Shown here piece after piece: positions 36,127 through 46,627 of a stretch of 64,000 nucleotides of DNA. A program made the translations under genes and the position numbers. The stretch lies in the NCBI GenBank assembly GCA_963677925.2, contig CAXXYH010000004.1, forward strand, positions 1,536,001 through 1,600,000. Direction: 5' to 3'. Source of the stretch: Spirochaetia bacterium (GTDB taxonomy: Bacteria > Spirochaetota > Spirochaetia > UBA9216). How positions within the stretch are numbered: position 1 is the stretch's first letter; the number at the start of each line of letters is the position of its first letter. The notes below the pieces were generated by a model. That model ran no database searches and had not been told where the DNA came from. It saw only the letters and a list, made by a program, of their open reading frames with translations.

Positions 36127-38009
36127 TGAGAAAGCCATCAGTTTTATCGGTACTTCTTGCATTGTATGCTTCAATACCGGTACTTATTGCAGGCCTTACT
36201 ATGGAAGGTCGAGGCGGCTTTTCTGTGGTTTACAGCCTCGTTATGTTTTTTATACAGTTTGTACTCATTGTTATTCTTTTCTGCATAAAATCCAGAAGCA
36301 GGGTTGTCGTTTTTTCAATACTGATATTTTTCTGGATTGCTGCTACCGGTGCAGCTTCAGGTATACTGTTTGATCGGGTTTATTATTCAATGTTTCTGTT
36401 CTACTATCCGGGACCGCTGCTGGCACTCAGCTACAGTCTGATTTTCCGGTTCTTCAGGAGGCAGATCTTTGATCAGCTGATCCGCGGATTGAATTTTATC
36501 ATAATTCTTCTTGCTTCATACTCGCTAATGCTTCTGTTTATGAGAATATATTTTCTATTCTCAAGTCATCAGATAGCTGAACCCTGGAGGCTTTTTTCCG
36601 GATTCTATGAGGCCGCCAACTATATTCCGGCTGTACTTTTTCTGATGAATCTAAAAAGCAGCGCTTCAAAAAAGCTGATATTTTTTGGGGGCAGGCTTTT
36701 TTTCAGGAATGATGATATTACTGCCTCATTCAACGGCACTCAGATCCAGATGCTGACTGCTGCTGAGCAGGGAGTGAAAATACGCTGCCGTGATTATTTC
36801 CGAAGCACAGGTGCAGACCTGAAAGGTCTGAACTGTGACGATGATAACGCCTGTAAGGCCTCGATGTGTCCGGGATATGCGGCGGTTTACCGATATGTCA
36901 CAGATCTCGGAAAGAAACTTGAGAACTATGGTATTGGAATGATTATCCCCCCCGAAAACAAACGTAACGTAGTGGAGGAAGGCTGGAGTCTTATTCTATA
37001 TCCTGATGTTGCTGTAGAGCATCGGAGAAAAAGATCCGTGTTTAGAGATATTACCGAAGGTAATTTTTCAGCCCTTCTTTCAGAAAAAGCCGTTCCGAAT
37101 ACTGTGAAGCCAAGGAAAAAACCTGGTCCTGTCTGGTTTATCCTTTCCCTGACCATTGCGGTAAGCGGTGCCCTGCTTTTCGCCTTCGAGACACCGGTAA
37201 ACAGCAGTATGAAATCCATAATTCTCTTCTGCGCAGTCCTCTCGCTTCTGGTTCTGCCGCTGCTTCTCCGTGAACGAAAAATAATATTCCGTACACAGAT
37301 TATTTCTGCAGTAATACTGTTCTTTCTTGCATACACTCTTAACCGGCATAATGAAATATTTGCTCTCTTTTCGGGCATCAGGAATTTTGTTATCTGTACA
37401 ATTATTTTTCTTATCCAGGTCCCCACCGTGGAATTCAGAAGCGGGAAACTGATAAGCAGGGACAGAACTTCAGGTATCATTTACTGGCTGATCTGGTTTT
37501 TTATGGTTATTCTTTCAATTTCCAGGGATATGCCTCAGTCTGCCGGGGTTCAGACCGCAGACGGATTTACACCTGATATCCTGGCTGTCATGGCCGACCG
37601 GATTCTTCTTATTGTGTTCTTTGTGATGTCGGTAATATTTTTTACTCTGCCCGGAAAGCTCCTTGAACATAGAAACGGTAGCGTTATTTTTATGGGCAGA
37701 CCTCTGATTACCGGACTCAGTGAGCCGAATATGGAATTACTTAATATGCTTCTTACCAAAGATGATGAGACTCTATACTGCTCTGAAATCCTCGAGCACC
37801 TGGAGCCTGAAACTGCAGAAGGATGTGCCCTGGGCTGCAAGGCCAGTTCCTGTCCCCATTACCAGAAGATTTATAAGCGGATACAGACAATAAGAAAATT
37901 TCTTGAGACATCCGGCATAGGGACGATAAAAAGTCCGGAAAGAAAGGCCTTCTCTAACCTTGAAGGCTGGCATCTTGCTTTGTATGAAGATGTGATGATT
38001 AGAAAATGA
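36123..38009 (+). CDS. 12-TM membrane protein with two Cys4 winged-helix-like domains (module copy 2, large subunit)
   Basis: Same architecture as 28362..30191; identical CPHYQKIYKRIQTIRK; 4-nt overlap with partner. Confidence 0.7.
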   Translation: MMRKPSVLSVLLALYASIPVLIAGLTMEGRGGFSVVYSLVMFFIQFVLIVILFCIKSRSRVVVFSILIFFWIAATGAASGILFDRVYYSMFLFYYPGPLLALSYSLIFRFFRRQIFDQLIRGLNFIIILLASYSLMLLFMRIYFLFSSHQIAEPWRLFSGFYEAANYIPAVLFLMNLKSSASKKLIFFGGRLFFRNDDITASFNGTQIQMLTAAEQGVKIRCRDYFRSTGADLKGLNCDDDNACKASMCPGYAAVYRYVTDLGKKLENYGIGMIIPPENKRNVVEEGWSLILYPDVAVEHRRKRSVFRDITEGNFSALLSEKAVPNTVKPRKKPGPVWFILSLTIAVSGALLFAFETPVNSSMKSIILFCAVLSLLVLPLLLRERKIIFRTQIISAVILFFLAYTLNRHNEIFALFSGIRNFVICTIIFLIQVPTVEFRSGKLISRDRTSGIIYWLIWFFMVILSISRDMPQSAGVQTADGFTPDILAVMADRILLIVFFVMSVIFFTLPGKLLEHRNGSVIFMGRPLITGLSEPNMELLNMLLTKDDETLYCSEILEHLEPETAEGCALGCKASSCPHYQKIYKRIQTIRKFLETSGIGTIKSPERKAFSNLEGWHLALYEDVMIRK

Positions 38010-38028
38010 TTTAGATCTTCAGATCTAC

Positions 38029-38385
38029 TCAGTCATCCTCATAAAGTTCATGAATATAGTCCCATGCTTCGGGTACATTCAACCTCAGCCTTGTGAGAAG
38101 CTCATAGTTATAATATAGAAGATCAATATGCTTTCTGCGGAAATCATTTGAATCATCAAAACTTTCACTGCTGAACTCCGGCAGTTTTTCATCCGGAAGG
38201 TCTGCAACCCTTTCTGCTTCGGCTGTAATTCCGGCCTTTGTGAAGAACAGAAAATCAGGTGTATCAATCATAAGCGTAGGGCTGAAGCTGAGCATTTCAA
38301 GTTCTTCGGCGGTCTGTTTTACAGACTCAGCGGCAGGGTCATCAGGAAGGTTATTAAATTTTTCCAGATAAGTTTTATCAATCAT
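38029..38385 (-). CDS. Hypothetical cytoplasmic protein
   Basis: GGAG + ATG (MIDKTY); no family recognised. Confidence 0.6.
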   Translation of the reverse strand: MIDKTYLEKFNNLPDDPAAESVKQTAEELEMLSFSPTLMIDTPDFLFFTKAGITAEAERVADLPDEKLPEFSSESFDDSNDFRRKHIDLLYYNYELLTRLRLNVPEAWDYIHELYEDD

Positions 38386-38455
38386 AATCAACTCCGAAAA
38401 TACTTTCCTCATATTACTTGATTTGTTTTTCATCGCCAAGTATCCTGAATTTCAT

Positions 38456-39814
38456 ATGGATAAAAATGAACGAACTGAAATGCTTCGAAGCGGGAAGATA
38501 GGCACCGCACTACGGAATCTTGCTGTCCCCGCCGCGACAGCCATGCTTGTTAATGCCGTTTACAATGTAGTCGATACCGCCTTTATAGGGCTGTTAAATG
38601 ATACTCCTTCAATAGGCGCATCTGCAGTCGTTTTTCCGATATTTATGCTTATTGGGGCAATCGGGCTGACATTCGGCATGGGTGCCGGTTCAATGATCTC
38701 TAGAAAGCTCGGTGAGGAAAAGCCTGAAGAAGCAAGGTCTGCAGCCTCAACCGCTTTTTATACTACACTGGTTATAGGAATAGCCTTTGCCGTACTTGGC
38801 AATATTTTCATTGTACCCTTACTCCGGATTTTCGGAGCTACCGACTCTATTATGGACAGGGCTGTAATTTACGGCAGGATCATCATCGGCGGTTCGGTTT
38901 TTCAGATTATCAACATGTGTCTTAACAATATGCTTCGGGCTGAAGGTGCTGCAGGTTACAGCAGCCGCGGTTTAATATTGGGCGGCGGTCTTAACATGAT
39001 TCTTGACCCGGTTTTCATGTTTGTTTTTAAAATGGGACTCGCCGGTGCAGCCGCTGCAACCATTACTGCCCAGCTTATAAGCACGCTCTACCTTCTCCGT
39101 TATTTTGTTTTCTCAAAAGGCATACTAAAGCTGCGGCTGAAGGATTTTTCACCTACAGCAGTTATGTACAAACAGATTATGGCGATCGGAACCCCGACAT
39201 TAATCAGACAGCTTCTTACCAGCGGCGCAATGGGCGTTACAAATCTGGCCGCATCAATGTTCGGCGACTACGCGGTTGCCGGAGTGGGAATTACTCTGCG
39301 TGTAGTGTCACTTACGATGATGGTTTTCTTCGGTATCGGCCAGGGCCTTCAGCCGCTTGCCGGATTCAATTACGGAGCAAGACAGTATGACAGGGTAATT
39401 CAAACGGTTAAAAAGGCGGTCTCCTGGAACACCGTTTTCGGTCTTTTTATGTCAGCAGTTTTCCTGGTTTTTACCAGATTTATTGTAGGGATTTTTACCT
39501 CCGATCCGGAGGTGATGACAGCCGGAATAAACTTCATGCGGTTCGCCAGTATTACCCTTATCTTCGTCGGAGTTCAGAACTGCTTTGCGGCAATGTTTCA
39601 GGCTCATGGAAAGGGTCTTCAGGCAGGTGTACTTTCATCAGCAAGGCAGGGCCTGTTTCTCATTCCTGCAATGCTGATACTTCCCCGTTTTATCGGAATA
39701 AACGGTGTGGCAATAGCCCAGCCGCTTGCAGATATTCTCAGTTTTATCCTCACCCTGCCGATGGCGGTAAAGGAATTAAAACTGCTTAACAAAATGCATA
39801 AAGAAAAGCTATAA
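38456..39814 (+). CDS. MATE-family efflux transporter (MepA-like)
   Basis: YNVVDTAFIG, LNMILDPVF, GLQPLAGFNYGA, ARQGLF; 12 TM. Confidence 0.93.
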   Translation: MDKNERTEMLRSGKIGTALRNLAVPAATAMLVNAVYNVVDTAFIGLLNDTPSIGASAVVFPIFMLIGAIGLTFGMGAGSMISRKLGEEKPEEARSAASTAFYTTLVIGIAFAVLGNIFIVPLLRIFGATDSIMDRAVIYGRIIIGGSVFQIINMCLNNMLRAEGAAGYSSRGLILGGGLNMILDPVFMFVFKMGLAGAAAATITAQLISTLYLLRYFVFSKGILKLRLKDFSPTAVMYKQIMAIGTPTLIRQLLTSGAMGVTNLAASMFGDYAVAGVGITLRVVSLTMMVFFGIGQGLQPLAGFNYGARQYDRVIQTVKKAVSWNTVFGLFMSAVFLVFTRFIVGIFTSDPEVMTAGINFMRFASITLIFVGVQNCFAAMFQAHGKGLQAGVLSSARQGLFLIPAMLILPRFIGINGVAIAQPLADILSFILTLPMAVKELKLLNKMHKEKL

Positions 39815-39833
39815 AATATATTTGGAGGAATAA

Positions 39834-41516
39834 ATGGCAAACGAAGCTGAAAAGATCATATATTCAATGGTCGGGGTCAGTAAGACCATCAACCAGAAGG
39901 TCATTCTCAAGGACATTTACCTGTCCTATTTTTACGGGGCAAAGATTGGTGTACTTGGTTTAAACGGATCCGGTAAATCTACACTTCTAAAAATTCTTGC
40001 GGGAGTTGATAAGGAGATTCAGGGCGAAACTGTAATATCCGAGGGCTTCACCATAGGTTACCTGGAGCAGGAACCCTATCTTGATCCTGAAATGACCGTA
40101 AAAGAAATTGTACAGCAGGGGGTGCAGGAAACTGTTGATCTGCTGGCTGAGTATGACAGCATCAATGAGAAATTCGCCGAGCCGATGGATGATGATGAGA
40201 TGAACAAACTGCTGGAAAGGCAGGGTGTTGTACAGGACAGGCTGGAAGATCTCGGAGCCTGGGATCTCGATTCAAGGCTTGAAATGGCAATGGATGCGTT
40301 GAGATGTCCGCCTGAAGATGTTAAAACCGGGATTCTATCAGGTGGTGAGAAAAGACGTGTTGCCCTCTGTAGACTGCTTCTTCAGAAACCTGATATCCTG
40401 CTGCTTGATGAGCCGACCAACCATCTTGATGCTGAAACTGTAGGATGGCTTGAACAGCATCTTCAGAAATACGAGGGAACCGTAATTGCAGTAACGCACG
40501 ACAGGTATTTCCTTGATAACGTTGCCGGCTGGATTCTTGAGCTTGATCGCGGAAAGGGCATACCCTGGAAGGGTAACTATTCTTCATGGCTTGAGCAGAA
40601 GCAGCAGCGTCTGGCCCAGGAGGAGAAGCAGGAATCCGCCCGCCAGAAAACCCTGCAGAACGAGCTTGAATGGATTCGGATGAGTCCAAAGGGCCGTCAT
40701 GCCAAAGCCAAAGCCAGGATTAATTCCTATGAGCAGTTATTAAATCAGAATACATCTGAAAAGGAATCAAAACTTCAGATCTTCATTCCGCAGGGGCCGC
40801 GACTGGGTGACATCGTAATTGAGACTGAGGGACTTAAAAAATCATATGACGATAAAATACTCATCGAAGGGCTTGATATGTCTATTCCGCCAGGAGCAAT
40901 TATCGGAATCATCGGCCCCAACGGTGCAGGTAAAACAACCCTGTTCAGGATGATTACCGGCGCAGAGACTCCGGATGAGGGCAACATCACTGTAGGGCAG
41001 ACCGTAAAGATTGCCCATGTCGACCAGATGCGGGAAATCCTTGATCCGGACAAATCGGTCTGGGAGCAGATCTCCGGCGGACATGAAACAATGAAACTGG
41101 GAAACAGAGAGCTTAACTCCAGAGCCTATGCAGCTCAGTTTAATTTCCAGGGTGCTGACCAGCAGAAGAAGATAGGGGTTCTCTCCGGTGGAGAAAGGAA
41201 CCGGGTGCAGCTTGCACTGATGCTGAAGGAAGGTTCAAATCTTCTGCTTCTTGACGAACCGACTAACGACCTTGATGTTAATACGATAAGGGCACTCGAA
41301 GAAGCAATTAATTCCTATGCAGGCTGTGTTGCTGTTATAAGCCATGACCGCTGGTTTCTGGACAGAATTGCGACGCATATTCTTGCCTTTGAGGGTGACA
41401 GCCAGGTATTTTTCTTTGAGGGAAATTATACTGAATATGAAGAGAACCGTAAAAAACGTCTTGGAATTGAAGCGGACAGACCGCATAGAATTAAATACCG
41501 AAATCTTACACGTTAG
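39834..41516 (+). CDS. ettA: Energy-dependent translational throttle A (ABC-F)
   Basis: YFYGAKIGVLGLNGSGKST, LSGGEKRRVAL, ILELDRGKGIPWKGNYS, PHRIKYR. Confidence 0.96.
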   Translation: MANEAEKIIYSMVGVSKTINQKVILKDIYLSYFYGAKIGVLGLNGSGKSTLLKILAGVDKEIQGETVISEGFTIGYLEQEPYLDPEMTVKEIVQQGVQETVDLLAEYDSINEKFAEPMDDDEMNKLLERQGVVQDRLEDLGAWDLDSRLEMAMDALRCPPEDVKTGILSGGEKRRVALCRLLLQKPDILLLDEPTNHLDAETVGWLEQHLQKYEGTVIAVTHDRYFLDNVAGWILELDRGKGIPWKGNYSSWLEQKQQRLAQEEKQESARQKTLQNELEWIRMSPKGRHAKAKARINSYEQLLNQNTSEKESKLQIFIPQGPRLGDIVIETEGLKKSYDDKILIEGLDMSIPPGAIIGIIGPNGAGKTTLFRMITGAETPDEGNITVGQTVKIAHVDQMREILDPDKSVWEQISGGHETMKLGNRELNSRAYAAQFNFQGADQQKKIGVLSGGERNRVQLALMLKEGSNLLLLDEPTNDLDVNTIRALEEAINSYAGCVAVISHDRWFLDRIATHILAFEGDSQVFFFEGNYTEYEENRKKRLGIEADRPHRIKYRNLTR

Positions 41517-43686
41517 AAATTTCAGCCGGGCTGTCGGAATGAAAGACAGTCCGGTTTTTACCTGAATTTTTTGCCGCATACATTGCTGCATCAGCCTTTC
41601 TTATAAGTTCTTCCATATTAACTTCATCATCAGGATAAATAGAGGCGCCTATGCTTGTTCCTACATTGTACTTAATATTTTTAAGAATGATGTCCGAGTG
41701 CACTGCTTCAATTATTTTATCAGCAACAGAACGTACATTTTCAACCGTTCCAATATTATAAATGACGGCAATAAATTCATCCCCGCCTATTCTGGCTACA
41801 GTATCCGAGGTTCTAAGGGCATTTTTAATTCTTTGAGATACTGTTTTCAGCAGCTCATCACCGGCATCATGGCCCAGGGTATCATTGACCTGCTTGAATG
41901 AATCAAGATCCATATAAAGTACGGCAAGTTTTGTACTGTCCCGATCTGCCATTTTTATTCCGTTTTTAATAAGCTCTCTTAACAGATGTCTGTTCGGTAA
42001 ATCTGTCAGGGCATCATGATTGGCCATGTGGCTGATTCTTCGGTAGGCAATTTCAAGATTAACCTTTTCATCAGTAACTATCTTGTTCAGCATATTAAGC
42101 TCCGTATGAGCCTTTGAATTATCCAGTGCTACAGCAATGAATGATGCAACCGCACCCAGAAGGTTAAGATTAGCTTCGGTATATGAGTGTTCAAATGTGC
42201 TCTGGACAGTCAGGCATCCGAGTATTTCCCTGCCGTGCAGTATAGGCAGAAATATTGCAGAGTTAATTTCAATATTGAAACGGTTTTTCCAGCCTTTGAT
42301 ATATTTTTCAGTTTCGGCTGTTGTCGAAAAAAGCACCGGTTTTTCGTTTGTAATGCACCAGACAGAGAGGCTTGTTTTGTCATCCATTTTAATAATCAGA
42401 GGCTGCATTCTCTTGCCGTTCTCAATGAAAAATTTCATTGTAAGGTTATTTTCTTTTCTATCCAGCAGCGCGATGCCGAAGGATGTCATCTCGAGAAATT
42501 CCCCCAGGCTTTCATAAGTCCGGTGAAGTATTTCTTCCGGATCAAGTGATGATGTAATTTCCCGGCCGATGCGGTTGATGATCTTGATTTCCTTATTTGA
42601 ACGTTCCATTTCAAGAAATCTCATCCGGTAGGATTCCTTCTCTGTTTCTGTATGCTCCGTCTCATAAAGAATTGAAATCTTTCTCAGTCTGTTTTTAAGC
42701 CCGTCGTTTTTCTGGATCTGTTCGAATTCGTAAAACCTCAGAAAATATTCGCAGGCCTTTTTAAAATCACCCAGGTGCCTGCTGATGTGAGCCCTGCGCT
42801 TCATGCAGCGTCTAAGCAGATCCTGCAGATTCAGTTTTACTGCAATTGATTCAGCATCATCAATAAAATTCAGGGCCTTATCAAAATCCTGTCTGATTAT
42901 CTTAATTTCTCCAAGCCGGTAAAAACATTCAGCCTTTCCGAATTCGTGACCAATATCTGAAAACAGTTTCAGTGCATTTTCAAGTTTCGTTTCTGCATCT
43001 TCGAGTTTGTTGCTGTGTATCTGAACTCTGGCGCTGCCCAGCATAGCTGATGCTGTTAATATCCCGAAGCTGCTTATACTGTCCGAATCAAGAACACTTT
43101 GAAAATATTCTGCAGCAGATTCCATATCATCGGAGTCGATGGCTGATTTACCCATGTTTATAGTAATCTCGGCTTTTAACACAGGGTTTTCAACATAGGC
43201 TGCGACATTCTGAGCCTGGTGAAAGTAGCGGAGGGCTTCTTCTGTATTGTTAATCATTCGATGGATATCGCCTATTGCATTCAGAGTCTGAGCCTGAATA
43301 TTGATATCCTGATGCATTTCGCTCTGTGTCAGTGAAATAAAGTATTGGTTTAGTGAAGATTCGTAATTGCCCTTGGAAAACTCAGCCCGGCCAAGTGCGT
43401 TGCGCGCCGCCATTTCTCCATGCAGACTCCTCCGGTCGGAATCAAGCCTGAAAAGATCAAGAGACTGTTCAAGATGAGGAATTGCCGCATCAGGATTACA
43501 CAAAATCAGGTAACAGGACCCTATATTCAGAAAAGCTTCCGCTCTGCCGTAGCTGTAATCATTTTTTTCAGCAAGATCGGCGTTCCGCTGCGCCTCTGGA
43601 ATATATTTTTCCGGTTCGTTTAGAAGATTTTGATGAATCTCGGCGTTCTGGTCATCAATTTGATGAAACACATCATTCACATTCAT
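41506..43686 (-). CDS. TPR-GAF-GGDEF diguanylate cyclase
   Basis: N-terminal TPR helices, GAF (LTVQST), HDALTDLPNR, RTSD I-site, GGDEF, ADAAMY. Confidence 0.92.
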   Translation of the reverse strand: MNVNDVFHQIDDQNAEIHQNLLNEPEKYIPEAQRNADLAEKNDYSYGRAEAFLNIGSCYLILCNPDAAIPHLEQSLDLFRLDSDRRSLHGEMAARNALGRAEFSKGNYESSLNQYFISLTQSEMHQDINIQAQTLNAIGDIHRMINNTEEALRYFHQAQNVAAYVENPVLKAEITINMGKSAIDSDDMESAAEYFQSVLDSDSISSFGILTASAMLGSARVQIHSNKLEDAETKLENALKLFSDIGHEFGKAECFYRLGEIKIIRQDFDKALNFIDDAESIAVKLNLQDLLRRCMKRRAHISRHLGDFKKACEYFLRFYEFEQIQKNDGLKNRLRKISILYETEHTETEKESYRMRFLEMERSNKEIKIINRIGREITSSLDPEEILHRTYESLGEFLEMTSFGIALLDRKENNLTMKFFIENGKRMQPLIIKMDDKTSLSVWCITNEKPVLFSTTAETEKYIKGWKNRFNIEINSAIFLPILHGREILGCLTVQSTFEHSYTEANLNLLGAVASFIAVALDNSKAHTELNMLNKIVTDEKVNLEIAYRRISHMANHDALTDLPNRHLLRELIKNGIKMADRDSTKLAVLYMDLDSFKQVNDTLGHDAGDELLKTVSQRIKNALRTSDTVARIGGDEFIAVIYNIGTVENVRSVADKIIEAVHSDIILKNIKYNVGTSIGASIYPDDEVNMEELIRKADAAMYAAKNSGKNRTVFHSDSPAEISNV

Positions 43687-43702
43687 TGTTTTTTATCCTA
43701 TG

Positions 43703-43731
43703 ATTATAGCAAAAGTATTTTTAATTACCAA
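43703..43731 (-). promoter_or_regulatory. Promoter of GGDEF gene
   Basis: TTGGTA-17 bp-TATAAT with extended TG. Confidence 0.6.
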
Positions 43732-43751
43732 GCTGAATATCGGAGAAATTT

Positions 43752-46598
43752 ATGTACATGAAAAAAATCTGCACATTACTATTGTCATTACTGCTGGTTT
43801 TTATAATAGCAGGCTGTGTTACTCCATCTGAGACTGATAATGGAGCTCTATCCGGGGAGCAGAAGTCTGAAGGTACACTGCTTCCACTTGATCCCCTTGT
43901 CAGTACCGGAGTTCTTGATAACGGTCTTACCTGGTATGTCCGGAAAAACAGTGAGCCGGAGAACAGAGCCTCGCTGAGGCTGGTTGTAAACGCCGGTTCG
44001 GTCCTCGAAGAGGCTGACCAGCAGGGGCTTGCTCATTTCTGTGAGCATATGGCCTTTAACGGCACCGAGCATTTCGAAAAATCAGCCCTTGTAGATTATC
44101 TTGAATCAATAGGTATGGCCTTCGGTCCCGAAATCAATGCTTATACCAGCTTTGATGAGACAGTCTATATGCTCGAAATACCCACCGATGATGATGAAAT
44201 TATTCATAATGCCTTTCAGGTTCTTGAAGACTGGGCCCATCTTGTCAGCTATGAGGATGAAGAAATTGAACTTGAACGCGGAGTCATTCAGGAGGAATGG
44301 CGTCTGGGCCGCGGAGCTTCAGGCCGAATTATGGATAAGCTGATTCCCGCTCTTTTTAAGGGATCTGAGTATGCTGAAAGGCTTCCTATCGGGAAGATAG
44401 ATGTTGTGATGAACGCTCCTGCGCAGCGGCTGCGTGATTTTTATGAAAAATGGTACCGTCCGGAACTGATGTCAGTAGTAGTTGTCGGTGATATAGAACC
44501 CGAATATGCCGAAGAACTGGTAAAACAGTATTTTTCGTTTGAAGCTCCGGAGACCGGTTATGAACGCCCAGTAATGAGCATTCCGGTAAATACGGAAGAC
44601 AGCGTCTGCCTTATTCCCGACCCTGAGCTTCCCTATGCATCGGTTGAAATATCCGCAGCCACCGGAGCTCCTGCAAGTCAGAGCACAGATCTTGACTACC
44701 GCCGGATGCTTCTTGAGTCAATAACCTGGACAATGTTCAACTCAAGGCTCGATGAAGCCGCCAGATCACCCGAACCGCCTTTTATTGGCGCAGGCGGCGG
44801 AACCGGCAGCCTTGTCAGGGCGAGTGAGTCGGTAAGCTGTTATGCGTCGGCTGACACCGATTCAGTGGAAGCTGCACTTTCAGGAATAGTAACCGAGCTT
44901 GAGCGGGCAGGACGCTACGGCTTTACGTCCACCGAGCTTGATAGAACTAAGGCTGATTACCTTAGAAATATTGAAAAATACTACAGGGATCGCGATAACC
45001 TCCAGTCTTCCGGATTTGCCCGCGAGCTTGTCGACTATTACCTTGAGGGTGTATTTATGCCTGGCATTGCGGGTGAGTATGAGCTTTATCAGCGGTTTGT
45101 TCCGTCGATAAGCCTTGAGGAAATAAATGCCTATGCTTCAATGATGATGCCTGCAAAGGGAAGACTGGTAACTGTTGCATATCCGGAAGGCGCCTCAGTT
45201 CCTTCAGAAGATGAACTGCTTGCCATTCTTGAGGCCGCGCCGGATCTTGAAATCGAAGCCTATGTTGATGAACAGTCACAGGGTGAGCTTGTTTCCGAAG
45301 TTCCTGTGCCCGGTGCTGTTGAATCGGCAGCCGAGTTCCCGGAATCGGGAGCTGTGCTCCTTCATCTTTCCAACGGAGCTGATGTTGTTCTCAAGGATAC
45401 TGAGTTCAGAGAGGATGAAATCCTTTTCTCTGCTTTCAGTCATGGAGGACTATCCCTTGTTACTGATGAGGATTTTATTTCAGGAAGATATGCTCCGCTG
45501 CTTCAGTCACAGAGCGGACTGGGCGAATTTGATGCTGTAGCCCTGCAGAAAAAACTCGCAGGTACAACAGTTAAACTCAGCCCCTATATTGCATCAAATT
45601 CAGAGGGCTTCACCGGCAGTTTTTCACCCGAGGAATCAAAGACATTCTTTGAGCTCCTGTATCTGTATTTTGAACAGCCTCTTTTTGATGAAGCGGTTCG
45701 TCAGAACCTGAGTACCCGTCTTGAAAGCATCATAGAAAACCGCAAAGCTGATCCTTCAAATGTATTTTACGATCGGGTAGGGGAGATTCTTACAAATAAC
45801 GATTTCAGAAACCGGCCCCTGGACAGCACCAGCCTTCCGATGTTTCAGACCGAAGCTGCAGCCCGTGTATATGCCGATCGATTCAGCGGTGCTGATGACT
45901 TTGTGTTTGTTTTTACCGGAAATCTCCACAGCAGAAATATTCTTCAGGAGATTCTGACCTATGTCGGCGGCCTTCCTGCTGGAAATCCTGAAGAGTCTGC
46001 AGTAGATCTCGGAGTCCGCGCTCCGCAGGGGATTATTTCAGAGAAGGTTGTGAAAGGCCTCGATCCTCAAAGCCGTGTTGTTATTGTATTCAGCGGAGAG
46101 CTGGACCAATGGGATGAAAATACAGACCTGCAGCTTGATACTGCCGCCTCGGTTATGGAGACAATCCTCCGTGAACGAATCCGTGAACAGCTTTCCGGAA
46201 CATATCACATTGCAGTATCCGCCTCGCTGAAAAGGGTTCCGGCTGCCACCTGGCAGGTAAGCATCAACTTCGGATGTGAACCGGAAAGAGCTGATGAACT
46301 TGCCGCTGAAATATTCAGCACGATTTCTGATGTTTCAGCAGGAACTCTTGATGAAAACTATATCCTCCGTCAGGAGGAACAGTACAGAAGGGCTTTTGAA
46401 AAAGAAATTCTTGAGAACAGCTACTGGCTTGATCATCTGGAAACCGCAATAGCATTCGGTGACGATCCTGATGACCAGCTTACCCCTGAAGAATTCCGGG
46501 ATAAAATTAGTGCTGAAAGTATTGTTGAAACCGTGGAACAGTACTTTACTCCAGAATCCTATGTAATGGTCGAACTTCTTCCTGAGGCACAGGAATAG
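43752..46598 (+). CDS. pqqL: M16B zinc peptidase lipoprotein (PqqL-like)
   Basis: Lipobox IAG-C; GLAHFCEHMAFNGT; NAYTSFDETVY; RLPIG; two-halves architecture. Confidence 0.9.
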   Translation: MYMKKICTLLLSLLLVFIIAGCVTPSETDNGALSGEQKSEGTLLPLDPLVSTGVLDNGLTWYVRKNSEPENRASLRLVVNAGSVLEEADQQGLAHFCEHMAFNGTEHFEKSALVDYLESIGMAFGPEINAYTSFDETVYMLEIPTDDDEIIHNAFQVLEDWAHLVSYEDEEIELERGVIQEEWRLGRGASGRIMDKLIPALFKGSEYAERLPIGKIDVVMNAPAQRLRDFYEKWYRPELMSVVVVGDIEPEYAEELVKQYFSFEAPETGYERPVMSIPVNTEDSVCLIPDPELPYASVEISAATGAPASQSTDLDYRRMLLESITWTMFNSRLDEAARSPEPPFIGAGGGTGSLVRASESVSCYASADTDSVEAALSGIVTELERAGRYGFTSTELDRTKADYLRNIEKYYRDRDNLQSSGFARELVDYYLEGVFMPGIAGEYELYQRFVPSISLEEINAYASMMMPAKGRLVTVAYPEGASVPSEDELLAILEAAPDLEIEAYVDEQSQGELVSEVPVPGAVESAAEFPESGAVLLHLSNGADVVLKDTEFREDEILFSAFSHGGLSLVTDEDFISGRYAPLLQSQSGLGEFDAVALQKKLAGTTVKLSPYIASNSEGFTGSFSPEESKTFFELLYLYFEQPLFDEAVRQNLSTRLESIIENRKADPSNVFYDRVGEILTNNDFRNRPLDSTSLPMFQTEAAARVYADRFSGADDFVFVFTGNLHSRNILQEILTYVGGLPAGNPEESAVDLGVRAPQGIISEKVVKGLDPQSRVVIVFSGELDQWDENTDLQLDTAASVMETILRERIREQLSGTYHIAVSASLKRVPAATWQVSINFGCEPERADELAAEIFSTISDVSAGTLDENYILRQEEQYRRAFEKEILENSYWLDHLETAIAFGDDPDDQLTPEEFRDKISAESIVETVEQYFTPESYVMVELLPEAQE

Positions 46599-46627
46599 TT
46601 ATGATAATTCTGATTCGAAGTTTTTAT

